Shown: positions 28,366-38,628, counted from the stretch's first letter. The stretch is DNA of 64,000 nt from Pedosphaera sp. (GCA_031414955.1 JANOQV010000056.1:57049-121048); one strand, 5' to 3'. Numbers and translations are program-made. Notes: a model not told the origin generated them from the letters alone.

Positions 28366-29555
28366 GCGTTGCCCTCCAGTTTGCGTTTCAAGCGATGAAT
28401 CACCAGGTCGGCGATGAAATTCGCCACGAAGGCCACGGCGAAAAGCAGCGCGCCGATCATGAAGAGCATCCGGTAGTGGTGGCCGTCCACGACGGTCTCG
28501 GCCAGCTCGGCGGCAATGGTCGCGGTCATGGTGCGGGTGGAGTCGAAGATGTCCCAGGAAACGATGCTGGCGTTGCCGCTGGCCATGAGGACGATCATGG
28601 TTTCACCGATGGCGCGGCCGAAGCCGAGCACGAAGGCGGCAAACACGCCGGGCAGCGCCGCCGGCAGGACAATCCTCCACGCCGCCTGCCACTTGGAGGA
28701 ACCGAGGGCCAGCGCGGCCTGAGTATAGCTGCGCGGCACGCTCGTGAGTGCGTCCTCGGCGATGGAGAAGACGACGGGAATGACGGCCAGACCGAGGGCG
28801 ATGCCGGCGACAAAGGCATTGAGCCGGGAGTCATAGCCGAACACGTTTTGCAGCAGGGTGGCCATGACGATGAGGCCGAAGAACCCAAGCACGACCGAGG
28901 GAATTCCGGCGAGCATCTCGATGGCGGGCTTGAGCCACTCTTTCGTGCGCGGCGAGGCCAGTTGCGAAACGTATATCGCCGCGCCCAGGCCGAGCGGAAA
29001 GCTGAACAGGAGCGCGACCAAGGTGGCCTTGAGCGAGCCGATGATGAGCGGCACCATGTTGTACTTGTGGATGTTGGAAACAGGCTGCCAGATGTATTCC
29101 GGCTTGTCGTAACCGCTCCATTGCTGGGGCCGCAGGATGTAGCGCCAATCCGTGGTGTCCAACTCGGCGTCCTTGTCGGCCGGACGTTCCTTCGATTCTT
29201 CAACCTTCACTTCCATGAGGAGGCGCTTGGTTTCGTCGTCGAAGTTGGCCCACTGGCGTGCCGTGACGCCGAGGTACTCCTGAAGTTCCGCCGGGGAATG
29301 TTTCGCCATGTCCGCGACCGGGATGGCTTTGAAAACCCTCGAACTGTTCGCCTTGCCGGTGAGAATGGGCCACGCCTTGCTCCCGACAAAGGCGAAGATC
29401 AGAAAGATCATCACGATGGCCGAGAGGGAGGTGAGAAAGATGCCCTTTTCCACGACCCACTCGAAGGGGCGCGGCTTGTGGCCCGTGGCCAGCCGGGCCC
29501 ATTGCTCCCTGTGCTCGGCTGCTTTGTCGGGGCTTGGATCCATGTCGGGTTTCAA
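28362..29555 (-). CDS. pstC: Phosphate ABC transporter permease
   Basis: EMLAGIPSVVLG, GRAIGETMIVLMASGN; enlarged periplasmic loop. Confidence 0.94.
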   Translation of the reverse strand: MKPDMDPSPDKAAEHREQWARLATGHKPRPFEWVVEKGIFLTSLSAIVMIFLIFAFVGSKAWPILTGKANSSRVFKAIPVADMAKHSPAELQEYLGVTARQWANFDDETKRLLMEVKVEESKERPADKDAELDTTDWRYILRPQQWSGYDKPEYIWQPVSNIHKYNMVPLIIGSLKATLVALLFSFPLGLGAAIYVSQLASPRTKEWLKPAIEMLAGIPSVVLGFFGLIVMATLLQNVFGYDSRLNAFVAGIALGLAVIPVVFSIAEDALTSVPRSYTQAALALGSSKWQAAWRIVLPAALPGVFAAFVLGFGRAIGETMIVLMASGNASIVSWDIFDSTRTMTATIAAELAETVVDGHHYRMLFMIGALLFAVAFVANFIADLVIHRLKRKLEGNA

Positions 29556-29614
29556 ACTCCTGCCTGGCCGTTTTAACTCAGCCGTGCCGGTTCCGTTAGT
29601 TACGGTTGTGTGAG

Positions 29615-29656
29615 AAAAAAGGCGGGCAAGACCCTACACTTTGGACCTCGCCCGCC
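29615..29656 (-). terminator. Hairpin with U-tract between pstS and pstC
   Basis: Minus strand GGCGGGCGAG...CTTGCCCGCC TTTTTT. Confidence 0.65.
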
Positions 29657-29695
29657 CACGATGATCGCGGAGGAACCGACGATCAAATTCAACCA

Positions 29696-30544
29696 TTATT
29701 CCCGCAGGTGCTTGGGCAGAGGAAAGTATCCAATGTCCTTGACCAGCTTTTGGCCGTCGTCGCTCCGAATCCAGTTCAGGTAGGCCGCGACCTCACCCTT
29801 GTCGAGGGCCGGATTGATATAGACGTAGAGGTAGCGCCAGATCGGGTACGTGCCCTTGAGCACGGTTTCCTCGTTGGCTTCGATGGCCGGGCTTTGGTCG
29901 TCCTTTTTCACCCGCAACGCCCTCGCCCCCTGGCCGTAGGCCGCACCGCCGTAACCGATGGCGCTCTTGTCCTTGGCCACCGCCTGCAACAACGCCGCCG
30001 TGCCGGGCATGGTCTGCGCGCTGGCCAGGAAGTCCTTGCCGTCCAGCACATGCTCCTTGAAGAACTCGTAGGTGCCCGAACTGTTCTCACGGCTGTAAAC
30101 CGTGATGGGCGCGTCCGCCCCGCCCAACTGTTTCCAGTTCTTGATCTTCCCGGTGAAGATCAGATCTAACTGTTCGAGGGTGATTTCCTTCAACGGATTG
30201 CCTTCGTTCACGTAAACCGTGAGGCCGTCGAGGGCAACCTTGTACTCGGTCGGGCGCTTGCCGAAGGCCGCGACACAATTGGCGATCTCCGCCGCCTTCA
30301 TCTTGCGCGAGGAGTTGCAGAGATCGGTGGTCTTGTTTTGCAAGGCCGCGATGCCCACGCCCGAACCGCCGCCGGTGACCTGGATTTTGGTGGCGGCATT
30401 CTTGCCCATGTAAACCTCGGCCCATTTCTGGGCGAGAATCACCAGGGTGTCAGAACCTTTGACCGTGATTTTGCCGGCCTGGACCGGCACGGCGGCGGCG
30501 AAAAGAGCCAGCGCCGCAGCCATGGTAAATGTCAGTTTCTTCAT
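29696..30544 (-). CDS. pstS: Phosphate ABC transporter substrate-binding protein
   Basis: Signal peptide; KGSDT, GGGSGVG, RENSSGTYEFF, YPIWRYLY. Confidence 0.95.
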   Translation of the reverse strand: MKKLTFTMAAALALFAAAVPVQAGKITVKGSDTLVILAQKWAEVYMGKNAATKIQVTGGGSGVGIAALQNKTTDLCNSSRKMKAAEIANCVAAFGKRPTEYKVALDGLTVYVNEGNPLKEITLEQLDLIFTGKIKNWKQLGGADAPITVYSRENSSGTYEFFKEHVLDGKDFLASAQTMPGTAALLQAVAKDKSAIGYGGAAYGQGARALRVKKDDQSPAIEANEETVLKGTYPIWRYLYVYINPALDKGEVAAYLNWIRSDDGQKLVKDIGYFPLPKHLRE

Positions 30545-30580
30545 ATGCTTGTTGGTCTGCGTTGTTAAATCTCAGAAGGT

Positions 30581-31993
30581 TTAGAATTTCCAGACGGCAT
30601 CCAGTTGCACCCGGTGCGCGCCGCTCTGCTCGGTGCTGGCCCGCTGGCCATTGACCACGCCTACGACTCTCGGGGTGTCGATGAGTTCATAGTGGTAATA
30701 CGTCACCCCCACGGTGAGCGCATCGGACAGGGAATACCCCAGCTTGGCGACGTGCCCTTGCAGGCCGGTGCCAGGACGGTAGCCGGCGGATTGGGCCGAA
30801 CCGCTCAGCGCGACCTGGCGGTAGGCACCCGTGTCTGAATCGACGAACTCTTCATACCAGGCGTCGGACTCGAGGCGTTTGAAGCGATAGGAAGCCTCCC
30901 AAGTGCCTTTCTTGCCGGTCTTGCCCAGGAACAATCCCACCCAGTAACCCTCGTTGTCCTGGTCCGCGCCGGTGTTCATCATGAATTCGCCACCGACCCG
31001 GATCGGGAACGGGCCGGGGTAAAGCGGGAACTTGGCCACGCTGTAGGTGACGCTCGCATCGGCCACGATGGGCATGAAATTGGCCACGAGGTCGCCCGCC
31101 AAGTGCGTTCCCGACGCCGCCAGATAGCGCGTGTTACCGGTGTTAATGTTCGGCACCGAGCCATTGCCCAAGTTCTGCTCATGGAAGAGCGCCAGCCACC
31201 CCACCCCCACCGTGCTGACCAGCTCCGGCGTCCACTTGGCGTCGTAGCGCAGTTGCGAACCGATGAGATACGGATCCTCACTGGCCTGGGAGCCTTGATT
31301 GATTTCATCCAGCATGAACCCACCGTTGTTCAGCTTGAGGGAGTGTTGGTCATTGAAGGCATAACCCGCCTGAATGGCCATGCCCTCCGGCGTGTAGTCT
31401 TGATCAAACACCATGTCCGAGACCACGAACGGGTTCTCCATCTTGCCGATAGTGGTGCTCAACAACCACGGGCCGCTGTTGATCGGCGTCCATTTGCCGT
31501 AGGCCAGATCGATGTAAACAAACTTCTTCGATCCGTTGTCTTGAAAGGATGCGTTGCCAGAAATCGGGTCGCCACCCAGGGAGTTTGGCTCGCCCGAAGT
31601 CAGCCGGAAGCCCAGCTCAAATCCTTCCTTCATTTGCACCGTGGCCCCGAAACGCATCCGGTAGCGGAAGCGGGAGCGATCTTTGTTCGGCTCACTGGCT
31701 CCGGGATGTTCGTTGTCCGTCTTGACGAAGTCCCAGCGCCCACGCAGATCGCCGTGCAGCTTGATTTGCGTCACCCAGTCCGGCATCCCGGACTTGGACT
31801 GGTAGGCCTTGCGGAATCCCTGGTCGGACTGCTCGCGCAGCTCGTTCGCCTCTTTGACCGAGAGCACGCCTTTATCCACGAGCTTGTCGAGCAAGGCGTC
31901 GGCGGATTGCGCTTGGACCATCGGCATGGTGAGACCGGCGGCCAGAAGGACCGCCCCCAGAGCGGCCCAAGTGAGTTGTTTGTTTTTGATCAT
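30581..31993 (-). CDS. Putative porin heading the pst operon
   Basis: Signal peptide; LVDKGVLS..EA..L, GDLRGR, RFRYRMR, DLAY, terminal WKF. Confidence 0.85.
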   Translation of the reverse strand: MIKNKQLTWAALGAVLLAAGLTMPMVQAQSADALLDKLVDKGVLSVKEANELREQSDQGFRKAYQSKSGMPDWVTQIKLHGDLRGRWDFVKTDNEHPGASEPNKDRSRFRYRMRFGATVQMKEGFELGFRLTSGEPNSLGGDPISGNASFQDNGSKKFVYIDLAYGKWTPINSGPWLLSTTIGKMENPFVVSDMVFDQDYTPEGMAIQAGYAFNDQHSLKLNNGGFMLDEINQGSQASEDPYLIGSQLRYDAKWTPELVSTVGVGWLALFHEQNLGNGSVPNINTGNTRYLAASGTHLAGDLVANFMPIVADASVTYSVAKFPLYPGPFPIRVGGEFMMNTGADQDNEGYWVGLFLGKTGKKGTWEASYRFKRLESDAWYEEFVDSDTGAYRQVALSGSAQSAGYRPGTGLQGHVAKLGYSLSDALTVGVTYYHYELIDTPRVVGVVNGQRASTEQSGAHRVQLDAVWKF

Positions 31994-32151
31994 AGTTTGG
32001 TGGTTGCGTTGTTTGGAGAATCAGAAGATCAGCCCGACACAGCGCTGGACGTGGCGCACCGCAGCGGCCCGCACCGCCCGATCTTGGCCGAATGAAAAGT
32101 CATGTTCATCGCGTCTGGTAAAATTGAACGCGCCCATTCATGGCGGACACA

Positions 32152-32192
32152 TCTGACAGACAAAGGGCGAATCCGTGACAACTGGGTGACGA
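32152..32192 (-). promoter_or_regulatory. Candidate Pho-box-like direct repeats
   Basis: TGAC (GTCA on minus) at 32154, 32176 and 32187, in an 11-bp register, between the divergent pst and pit operons. Confidence 0.55.
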
Positions 32193-32345
32193 AATCAGCC
32201 CTTCTCGCCGGGACTTGCTCGTCCTTTGCCCGGGCCAGGAACTTCGAGGCCTTGTTCTGCGGCTCAAACCGCAGCCAGGTGGAACCTCACTTTTCGGCCA
32301 AGATTATTCGTGCGTTCATCGCCTTCGTCTCTCACTCTGCCGCCC

Positions 32346-32972
32346 ATGTTTTCACTGCAAAAGCTCCTTGGAAAAGATGACAAGTTTTTTGACCTGCTCC
32401 AGGCCAGTGCCGAGGAAGGGGTTCACAGTGTGGCCGCGCTCAAGCGCATCCTCACCAATCCCTCCGTCACTCCCACCCTGGATGAGTTCGTCGCCACCCG
32501 GCGCAAGGACAAGGCCATTACCAACGAGATCAGCCAGATGCTGGTCAAAACCTTCGTCACGGCGTTGGAACGCGAGGACATCGAGGCCCTTTCCAACGTG
32601 CTCTACAAGGTGCCCAAGATTATCGAGAAGTTCGCCGAGCGTTACATCCTCTGCGCCCCCCAACTGCGCGGGGTGAAGTTCGATGTCCAACTCGCCATGC
32701 TCGAAGAGGCCACCCAGACCGTGGTCGCCATGCTCAAGGAGTTGAAGAAGCACGATCTCGCCTCCATTGCCCGCCACAACTCCAAGCTGCAGAAGCTTGA
32801 GGGCGATGCGGACAAGCTGATGCTCGAGGAATTCCGCGAACTCTACAGCGGCAAGTACGAGCCCCTCACCGCCATGGCCCTCAAAGATCTCTATGAGTTG
32901 CTGGAAAAGGTCTTCGACCGCTGCCGCGACGCCGGCAATGTCGTCTCCCACGTCGTGCTGAAACACTCCTGA
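32346..32972 (+). CDS. DUF47 / PhoU-like PiT accessory regulator
   Basis: KFFDLL, TFVTALEREDI, LEGDAD, LEKVFDRCRDAGN; directly upstream of pit. Confidence 0.9.
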   Translation: MFSLQKLLGKDDKFFDLLQASAEEGVHSVAALKRILTNPSVTPTLDEFVATRRKDKAITNEISQMLVKTFVTALEREDIEALSNVLYKVPKIIEKFAERYILCAPQLRGVKFDVQLAMLEEATQTVVAMLKELKKHDLASIARHNSKLQKLEGDADKLMLEEFRELYSGKYEPLTAMALKDLYELLEKVFDRCRDAGNVVSHVVLKHS

Positions 32973-32978
32973 AGTCCC

Positions 32979-34358
32979 ATGACGCTGATCCTCACGGTCA
33001 TTGTCGTCGCCTTGGTGTTTGAATACATAAACGGCTTCCACGACACGGCCAATTCCATCGCCACCGTGGTCTCGACCAAGGTGCTGACCGCGCGCGAGGC
33101 CATCATGCTCGCCGCCGTGACCAATCTGCTCGGCGCCTTCTTCGGTCTGGCCGTGGCCAAGACCATTTCCAGCGGCCTGGTCGATTCGGGGTTCGTCAAT
33201 CAGGAGGTCATCATCTGCGCCCTGCTCGGGGCCATCACCTGGAACCTCGTCACCTGGTGGTTCGGCATCCCGAGCAGTTCCACCCACGCCATTGTGGGCG
33301 GCCTGGTCGGCGCGGCGCTGGCCGCGGCCATTTGCATGAGCGCCCAAAAGCCCCTGGTGGACAAGGCCGGCCAGCCGGTCTCGGTCTGGAGCGCCATCAA
33401 GTGGAATGAAGTGAAGGAAAAGAAGGAGAAAAGCCTGGTGGAGGCGACCCCGGAGTTGAGGGCCGCGCTCGGCGAGACCGCCCGGACGAACGGCACTCAT
33501 ACCGTGAAGATCGGCACCAACAAGGTTCAGGCCGTGGTCTTCGGAGGGCGCGTGCAAATGGTCACGGAGAAGACCAAGATCGACAAGGCGGGCATCCTGA
33601 ACAAAGTCGTCATCCCCATGGTCACCTCGCCGCTGATTGGTTTCACCGTCGGTCTCATCTTCATGAGCCTGCTTTACCTGCTGCTCCAGAAGGCGCGGCC
33701 TTTTTGGGTCAATCGCGTCTTCGGCAAGCTGCAACTGGTCAGCGCAGGCTACATGGGTTTCAGCCACGGTATGAATGACGCCACCAAGACCATGGGCATC
33801 ATCACCCTCGCCTTGGTCGCCGGCACCAAGTCCGGCCTGCTGGACGACGCCTCGGGCCTGTTCAGTTTCTTGCGCACCGCCGAAGGCTCCGATCCGATGC
33901 ATCTGCCCGTGGGCAGCCAGCTCATCGGCCTGCTCCCGAGCTGGCTTCAATTCGGCTACATGCCGCCCATCGGCGACGCCAAGAGCCAGGTGGTCCCGGC
34001 CTGGGTGGTCGTGACCTGCGCCATCACCATGGCCGCCGGAACGGCCGCCGGCGGATGGAAGATCATCAGGACCATGGGCCACAAGATGGTGAAGCTCCAA
34101 CCCGTCCACGGTTTCGCCGCCGAAACCACCGCCGCCACTGTCCTATTCGTGACCGGCACGCTGGGCATGCCCGTCTCGACCACGCACGCCATCACCAGTT
34201 CAATTCTCGGCGTGGGTTGCGCCAAGCGGCTCAGCTCCCTGAAGTTTGGCGTCGTGGAACCCATTCTTTGGGCCTGGGTGCTGACCATTCCGGCGGCGGG
34301 TTCCGTGGCCTTTGCCCTGGTCTGGCTGGGCAACAAGCTCGGGATGATCAAGTTCTGA
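32979..34358 (+). CDS. pit: PiT-family inorganic phosphate transporter
   Basis: NGFHDTANSIAT, PSSSTHA, SHGMNDATKTMG, PVSTTH. Confidence 0.95.
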   Translation: MTLILTVIVVALVFEYINGFHDTANSIATVVSTKVLTAREAIMLAAVTNLLGAFFGLAVAKTISSGLVDSGFVNQEVIICALLGAITWNLVTWWFGIPSSSTHAIVGGLVGAALAAAICMSAQKPLVDKAGQPVSVWSAIKWNEVKEKKEKSLVEATPELRAALGETARTNGTHTVKIGTNKVQAVVFGGRVQMVTEKTKIDKAGILNKVVIPMVTSPLIGFTVGLIFMSLLYLLLQKARPFWVNRVFGKLQLVSAGYMGFSHGMNDATKTMGIITLALVAGTKSGLLDDASGLFSFLRTAEGSDPMHLPVGSQLIGLLPSWLQFGYMPPIGDAKSQVVPAWVVVTCAITMAAGTAAGGWKIIRTMGHKMVKLQPVHGFAAETTAATVLFVTGTLGMPVSTTHAITSSILGVGCAKRLSSLKFGVVEPILWAWVLTIPAAGSVAFALVWLGNKLGMIKF

Positions 34359-34379
34359 CACTCGACCAGACTCGGCGCG

Positions 34380-34414
34380 AAACGGTGCGGAGTCCCCGCA
34401 CCGTTTTTGCTTTT
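34380..34414 (+). terminator. Intrinsic terminator (possibly bidirectional)
   Basis: aaacggtgcgg-agtcc-ccgcaccgttt ttgctttt. Confidence 0.75.
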
Positions 34415-34426
34415 ACGCTCCCCAAC

Positions 34427-34802
34427 TCAGGCCCGCCGGCGTCCGAAGGCCAGATAAAGCGCCGGCATCAGGAACAAGTTCAACAACGTGGAAGTCACCA
34501 GCCCGCCGAGAATCACGATCGCCATCGGGAATTCGATCTCGTGGCCAGGAATGTTTCCACGCCACACCAGCGGCAGCAGTGCGAGCGCGGCACAGGCGGC
34601 GGTCATCAGGATGGGCGCGAGCCGTTCCTCCGCGCCGCGCAGGACAAGCTTGAGTCCGAAAGGTTCGTTCTCCTCGACCTCCAAGTGCCGGTAATGACTG
34701 ATGAGCATGATGCCGTTGCGCGCGGCAATGCCGAGCACGGTCACAAATCCCACCAGCGAACCGAGCGACAAAATCCCGCCGCCGAGAAACGCGCCGGCCA
34801 CG
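34427..34802 (-). pseudogene. Orphan 3' fragment of a CusA/CzcA-type RND permease
   Basis: Near-identical protein sequence to the last ~120 aa of 44210-47272. Confidence 0.9.
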
Positions 34803-35240
34803 GCATAGATCTAGGAGATCCGACCCAGCAACAGCGCCACGTAGCCCATGGCGCCCAGACTTCTGAGCAGCGCGCCAACAAGGAGTTGGAGCTTCGGGAG
34901 CGCAGAAATCAGGCGCAGCCCGCGGGCGACCCTCAGCACCGCGCCCAAGGGCCCCGCGGCCGACAGCAGGCACAACAAGACGATGACGAAGTCGAAAACA
35001 TTCCAGCCTTCGCGGAAAAACTCCCAGGGCCGGCGCCCGTGAGCCCCGAGGCGCAAAGCCATTTCGATGATAAACATGCCCATCACGCAGGCGTGGGAGA
35101 AAGGAAGCCATGGATCGAAGCGCGCCACCAATGCGGTGTTCGTCTCCAGGCCAACGAGCAGGCCAGAGAATATGATTACGCTGGCGATGCCGTGCAGGAA
35201 GCCGGGGGGAGGAGGTGAGCCGCAAGCAAGTGGCTGTCAT
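34803..35240 (-). pseudogene. Voltage-gated ion channel (Ion_trans) pseudogene
   Basis: MTATCLRLTSSP, then a frameshift in the G6 run at 35204-35209, GFLHGIASVIIFSGLLVGLET, IEMALR, GWNVFDFVIV, S4-like LRVARGLRLIS; stop at 34811; pore absent. Confidence 0.8.
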
Positions 35241-35243
35241 CGT

Positions 35244-36104
35244 TCAGGCTTGGGCGAGTGTGCGTGAAAAATGTGATGGTACGCGCAGGGCGCGACGCTG
35301 GGGAACCTTCGGCAGCAGGTGCTCGCGGCCAGTGCGGGGATTTTCCCGGAAGTCACCCGCATGGCTCACGCCAAACTCCGGCAGGCCCGCCAACCCTTCG
35401 CAGTATTTCGCCGCGCCGCATTGCACGAGGTCGAAGCGTTCGACCATGTGCCGGCACCACTCCGGGAAACGGTCCGTGAACTTCAGCTCCAGGATGACCC
35501 GGTCGCCAAAAGGTTCGGCGGGATTTTCCATCCTGGTGCGAAAGCTGGCGGTGGCCCGGGCCTCGGTGCGGACGGCGCGATCCAGGGTGACGCGCACATT
35601 GTCACTCATTGGATCCACGTAGGCCTCGCGCAAATAGGCGATGTGCGCCATCGGGCGGGCGTGAATGCGCTCGATGAGTTTCAGGAAATTCTGAATGGCG
35701 AGGAGCGACTTGGGGCTATCGCTCAGGAGGTCTTTCGGGCCGGGCAGATGGCCGGCGAGCAGCCAGGGCACCGCAGCTTTTCGCACGCCGCCGCGCTGCT
35801 TCAGAATGCAGTTGTTCACGCGCCGCTTGATTTCAAAAAAGACCGGCGACTCGGGCTGGTCGTTGTAGAAGCGCAGACGCAGCTTGTAGCGGTTCTTGTC
35901 GCCATTGATGGTGGACCAGAAGGTTTCGAGCCCCCCGGAGTCGAGGTAGAGACTGTGGACCGGGTAGCTGAAATCCGGCTTGCCGACGCCGTTCTCGTCG
36001 AGTTCGAGATGCGCGAGCAGCTCATGGCGGATGGCCCGGGCCTGGTGTTCGTCGAGCATGTATTTCTGCTCGAAGCGCTGGCGTTGCATGCGGTCGGCTG
36101 GCAT
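35244..36104 (-). CDS. VTC-domain (polyphosphate polymerase / CYTH-like) protein
   Basis: RFEQKY, SLYLDS, RYKLRLRFY, FFEIKRR, YLREAY, RVTLD, ILELKF, AAKYC. Confidence 0.9.
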   Translation of the reverse strand: MPADRMQRQRFEQKYMLDEHQARAIRHELLAHLELDENGVGKPDFSYPVHSLYLDSGGLETFWSTINGDKNRYKLRLRFYNDQPESPVFFEIKRRVNNCILKQRGGVRKAAVPWLLAGHLPGPKDLLSDSPKSLLAIQNFLKLIERIHARPMAHIAYLREAYVDPMSDNVRVTLDRAVRTEARATASFRTRMENPAEPFGDRVILELKFTDRFPEWCRHMVERFDLVQCGAAKYCEGLAGLPEFGVSHAGDFRENPRTGREHLLPKVPQRRALRVPSHFSRTLAQA

Positions 36105-36121
36105 AGGCTTTGGTTCTTTGG

Positions 36122-37105
36122 TTAATGCGCGGAGATCGGGGTGGCCGCCGAGTCCGGCAGCGGCGGAGTTGAAGTCTTTTTGACTGGCCTGGGTCGCAGC
36201 AACGACCAGACGACGCTCGTGCCGAGGATGAGCACGATGACGACGAGGGAGACCAGCGTGTCGAGCTTCCAAGCCGTGTGGGCGAGAAGCATTTTCACGC
36301 CGACGAAGGTCAGCACGGCGCCCAAGCCGATCTTGAGGTAATGGAATTTGTCCATCACTCCCGCCAGCGCGAAGTAGAGCGAGCGCAAGCCAAGGATGGC
36401 GAAGACGTTCGAGGTATAGACGATGAACGGATCGGTGGTGACGGCGAAGATGGCCGGGATGCTGTCCACCGCGAAGATGACATCGGTGATCTCCACCAGC
36501 AGCAGCACGACAAACAGAGGCGTGGCCATGCGAATGCCATTTTCACGAACGAAGAACTTGTCGCCGCGATAGTCACTGGTCACGGGCATGAGTCGCTTGA
36601 ACCCTCTCACCACCGGGTTGCGCTCGGGGTGGATCTCCTCGGCGCGCTTCACGATCATTTTGATGCCCGTGAGAACAAGGAACCCGCCAAAGATATAGAT
36701 GATCCAGGCGAACTTCGTGATGAGCGCCGCGCCCCCGACAATCATGACAGCCCGCATGATGAGCGCGCCGAGGATGCCCCAGAACAAAACCTTGTGCTGA
36801 TAGAGTGGCGGCACAGCGAAGTACGAGAACAGGAGGGCGAAGACAAACACGTTGTCCACGCTCAAGGATTTCTCGATGACGTATCCGGTGAAGAACTCCA
36901 GTCCCTTCTGCGATCCGGCGAAATGCCACACGCCGACGTTGAACGCCAAGGCGAGCGTCACCCACACCACCGTCCAGGTCATGGACTCCTTGAAGGTGAC
37001 GACGTGCGATTTGCGGTGAAAGACGCCGAGGTCGATCGCCAGCATCGCGAGCACGAAGAGGTTGAAACCGACCCACAGCCACATTGTATCTGTCATCATT
37101 GTCAT
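36122..37105 (-). CDS. TerC/Alx family membrane protein
   Basis: GYVIEKSLSVDNVFVF, QHKVLFWGILGA, DVIFAVDSIPA, SNVFAILGLRSLYF. Confidence 0.95.
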   Translation of the reverse strand: MTMMTDTMWLWVGFNLFVLAMLAIDLGVFHRKSHVVTFKESMTWTVVWVTLALAFNVGVWHFAGSQKGLEFFTGYVIEKSLSVDNVFVFALLFSYFAVPPLYQHKVLFWGILGALIMRAVMIVGGAALITKFAWIIYIFGGFLVLTGIKMIVKRAEEIHPERNPVVRGFKRLMPVTSDYRGDKFFVRENGIRMATPLFVVLLLVEITDVIFAVDSIPAIFAVTTDPFIVYTSNVFAILGLRSLYFALAGVMDKFHYLKIGLGAVLTFVGVKMLLAHTAWKLDTLVSLVVIVLILGTSVVWSLLRPRPVKKTSTPPLPDSAATPISAH

Positions 37106-37142
37106 CGACCGACGCTTGAGAAGTCGCCGGACCGATCCCCCT

Positions 37143-37160
37143 TTAGCTGCCAGTGTGCCA
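37143..37160 (-). promoter_or_regulatory. Candidate sigma54 (-24/-12) promoter for terC-VTC
   Basis: Minus strand TGGCACACTGGCAGCTAA, GG-N10-GC. Confidence 0.75.
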
Positions 37161-37302
37161 GCGACTGACTCGATGAGGAACCGCAGGTTTGCTGAGGGAA
37201 CGAAAGAATTACGCTCCTCCGCAAAAGGCGGGCATGGCCAGAAGGAAGCCTCCCCTGCTCAACCGCTGGCCCGGAGTGAATCCCCTCGGCCACGATCCGC
37301 CG

Positions 37303-38628
37303 TCAGTTGCTCGGCGGCTTTTGGCCGGCCGGCTGCGAAGTGAGAGCCAGCACTTTGTCCACTCGATGACCGTCCATGTCGAGGATCTCGAAGACGTAGC
37401 CTTGCGCTTCGACGGTCTCGCCTTCGCGTGGCACGCGGCCCAGCGCCTTCACGACAAAACCAGCGAGGGTCTGAAAATCCTTGTTCTGCGCGGCGCTCAA
37501 GCGGAAGCCGGGCAACGCTGCCTCGACACGCTCAATCTCAATCATCGCGTCGATAAGCCAGGAGCCATCGTCGCGTTTCTTGATCGCGGGCCGGGCACGT
37601 TCTTCGAGCGAGGGAAATTCACCGACGAGAGCCTCCATCACGTCGTGCAATGCCACCAGACCGACGATGCTGCCGAACTCGTCCGTGACCAGCGCAAGGT
37701 GTTTGCCGGTCTGCTTAAAAACGTCGAGCAGTTGGATGGCGGTTTGTGTTGCTGGAACGATGAACGGCTTGGTCATGATGTCGGCGGTCCGCGCGGTGGT
37801 CCCGGCGGCGAGGTTCGCGTAAATCGACTTCACCGAAACGATGCCCACGACGTTGTCGCGCTGGCCTTCATAAACCGGGAAGTGCGAATGGCCGCTGACG
37901 ACGATCTTGTGCCAGATGACGTCGTGCGGATCGTTCTTGTTGACCCAGATGATTTTCGGACGCGGAGCCATCAGATCCCGCACGGTCAGCTGATCAAGAT
38001 CGAGCGCGCTGTGGATGATGTGGCTCTCGACCTTGTTGAAGGCACCGGCGCGAACGCCTTCCTGCATCAAGCCGCGCACCTCGTCCTCGGTGACGGCCGC
38101 GTCGGCACGGGGCTTCACGCCGAACAACCGCAGCAGCACCTCGGTGGATTTGCTGAGAAAGGTGATGAGCGGCGCGGTGAGCACGGAAAGCCGGTTCATG
38201 AATTTCGCCATGACGAGCGCGATGCCTTCGGGATTGCCCAGGCCGATGCGCTTGGGCACCAGCTCGCCGATGACGAGCGAAAAGTAGGTGATGGCGATCA
38301 CGACCAGACCGAGCGAAACCTGTTTTGCGTAGGGAGCGAGCCAGGCAATTTGCCCCAACGGCTGGGCCAGTTTCTCAGCCAGCGTCGCGCCGCCGAACGC
38401 GCCCGCGAAAATGCCGACGAGCGTGATACCCAACTGCACGGTGGAAAGGAAACGGTTCGGCGACTCCGCGAGTTCCAGCGCCGTGCGTGCGCGCGAGTCG
38501 CCTTGCTCGGCGAGACGGCGCAAGCGTGGTTTGCGCGCGGAGACGATGGCGATCTCCGTCATGGCGAACACACCGTTCGCCACGAGGAGAAGCAGCAGCA
38601 CGAGGACTTCGGTCACAATAACTGTCAT
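37303..38628 (-). CDS. HlyC/CorC (CNNM-CBS-CorC) family protein
   Basis: NGVFAMTEIA, FLSTVQLGIT, GELVPKRI, HSHFPV, VTDEFGSIVGLV, QTLAGF, DGHRVDKV. Confidence 0.93.
   Translation of the reverse strand: MTVIVTEVLVLLLLLVANGVFAMTEIAIVSARKPRLRRLAEQGDSRARTALELAESPNRFLSTVQLGITLVGIFAGAFGGATLAEKLAQPLGQIAWLAPYAKQVSLGLVVIAITYFSLVIGELVPKRIGLGNPEGIALVMAKFMNRLSVLTAPLITFLSKSTEVLLRLFGVKPRADAAVTEDEVRGLMQEGVRAGAFNKVESHIIHSALDLDQLTVRDLMAPRPKIIWVNKNDPHDVIWHKIVVSGHSHFPVYEGQRDNVVGIVSVKSIYANLAAGTTARTADIMTKPFIVPATQTAIQLLDVFKQTGKHLALVTDEFGSIVGLVALHDVMEALVGEFPSLEERARPAIKKRDDGSWLIDAMIEIERVEAALPGFRLSAAQNKDFQTLAGFVVKALGRVPREGETVEAQGYVFEILDMDGHRVDKVLALTSQPAGQKPPSN

Noticed and set aside
32352..34109. 585-aa minus-strand ORF
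   Set aside because: Antisense shadow of DUF47-pit, expected in high-GC DNA
37106..37300. yybP-ykoY Mn riboswitch expected upstream of terC/alx
   Set aside because: Not recognised, and the candidate sigma54 promoter leaves only ~30 nt of leader; an Rfam scan would settle it
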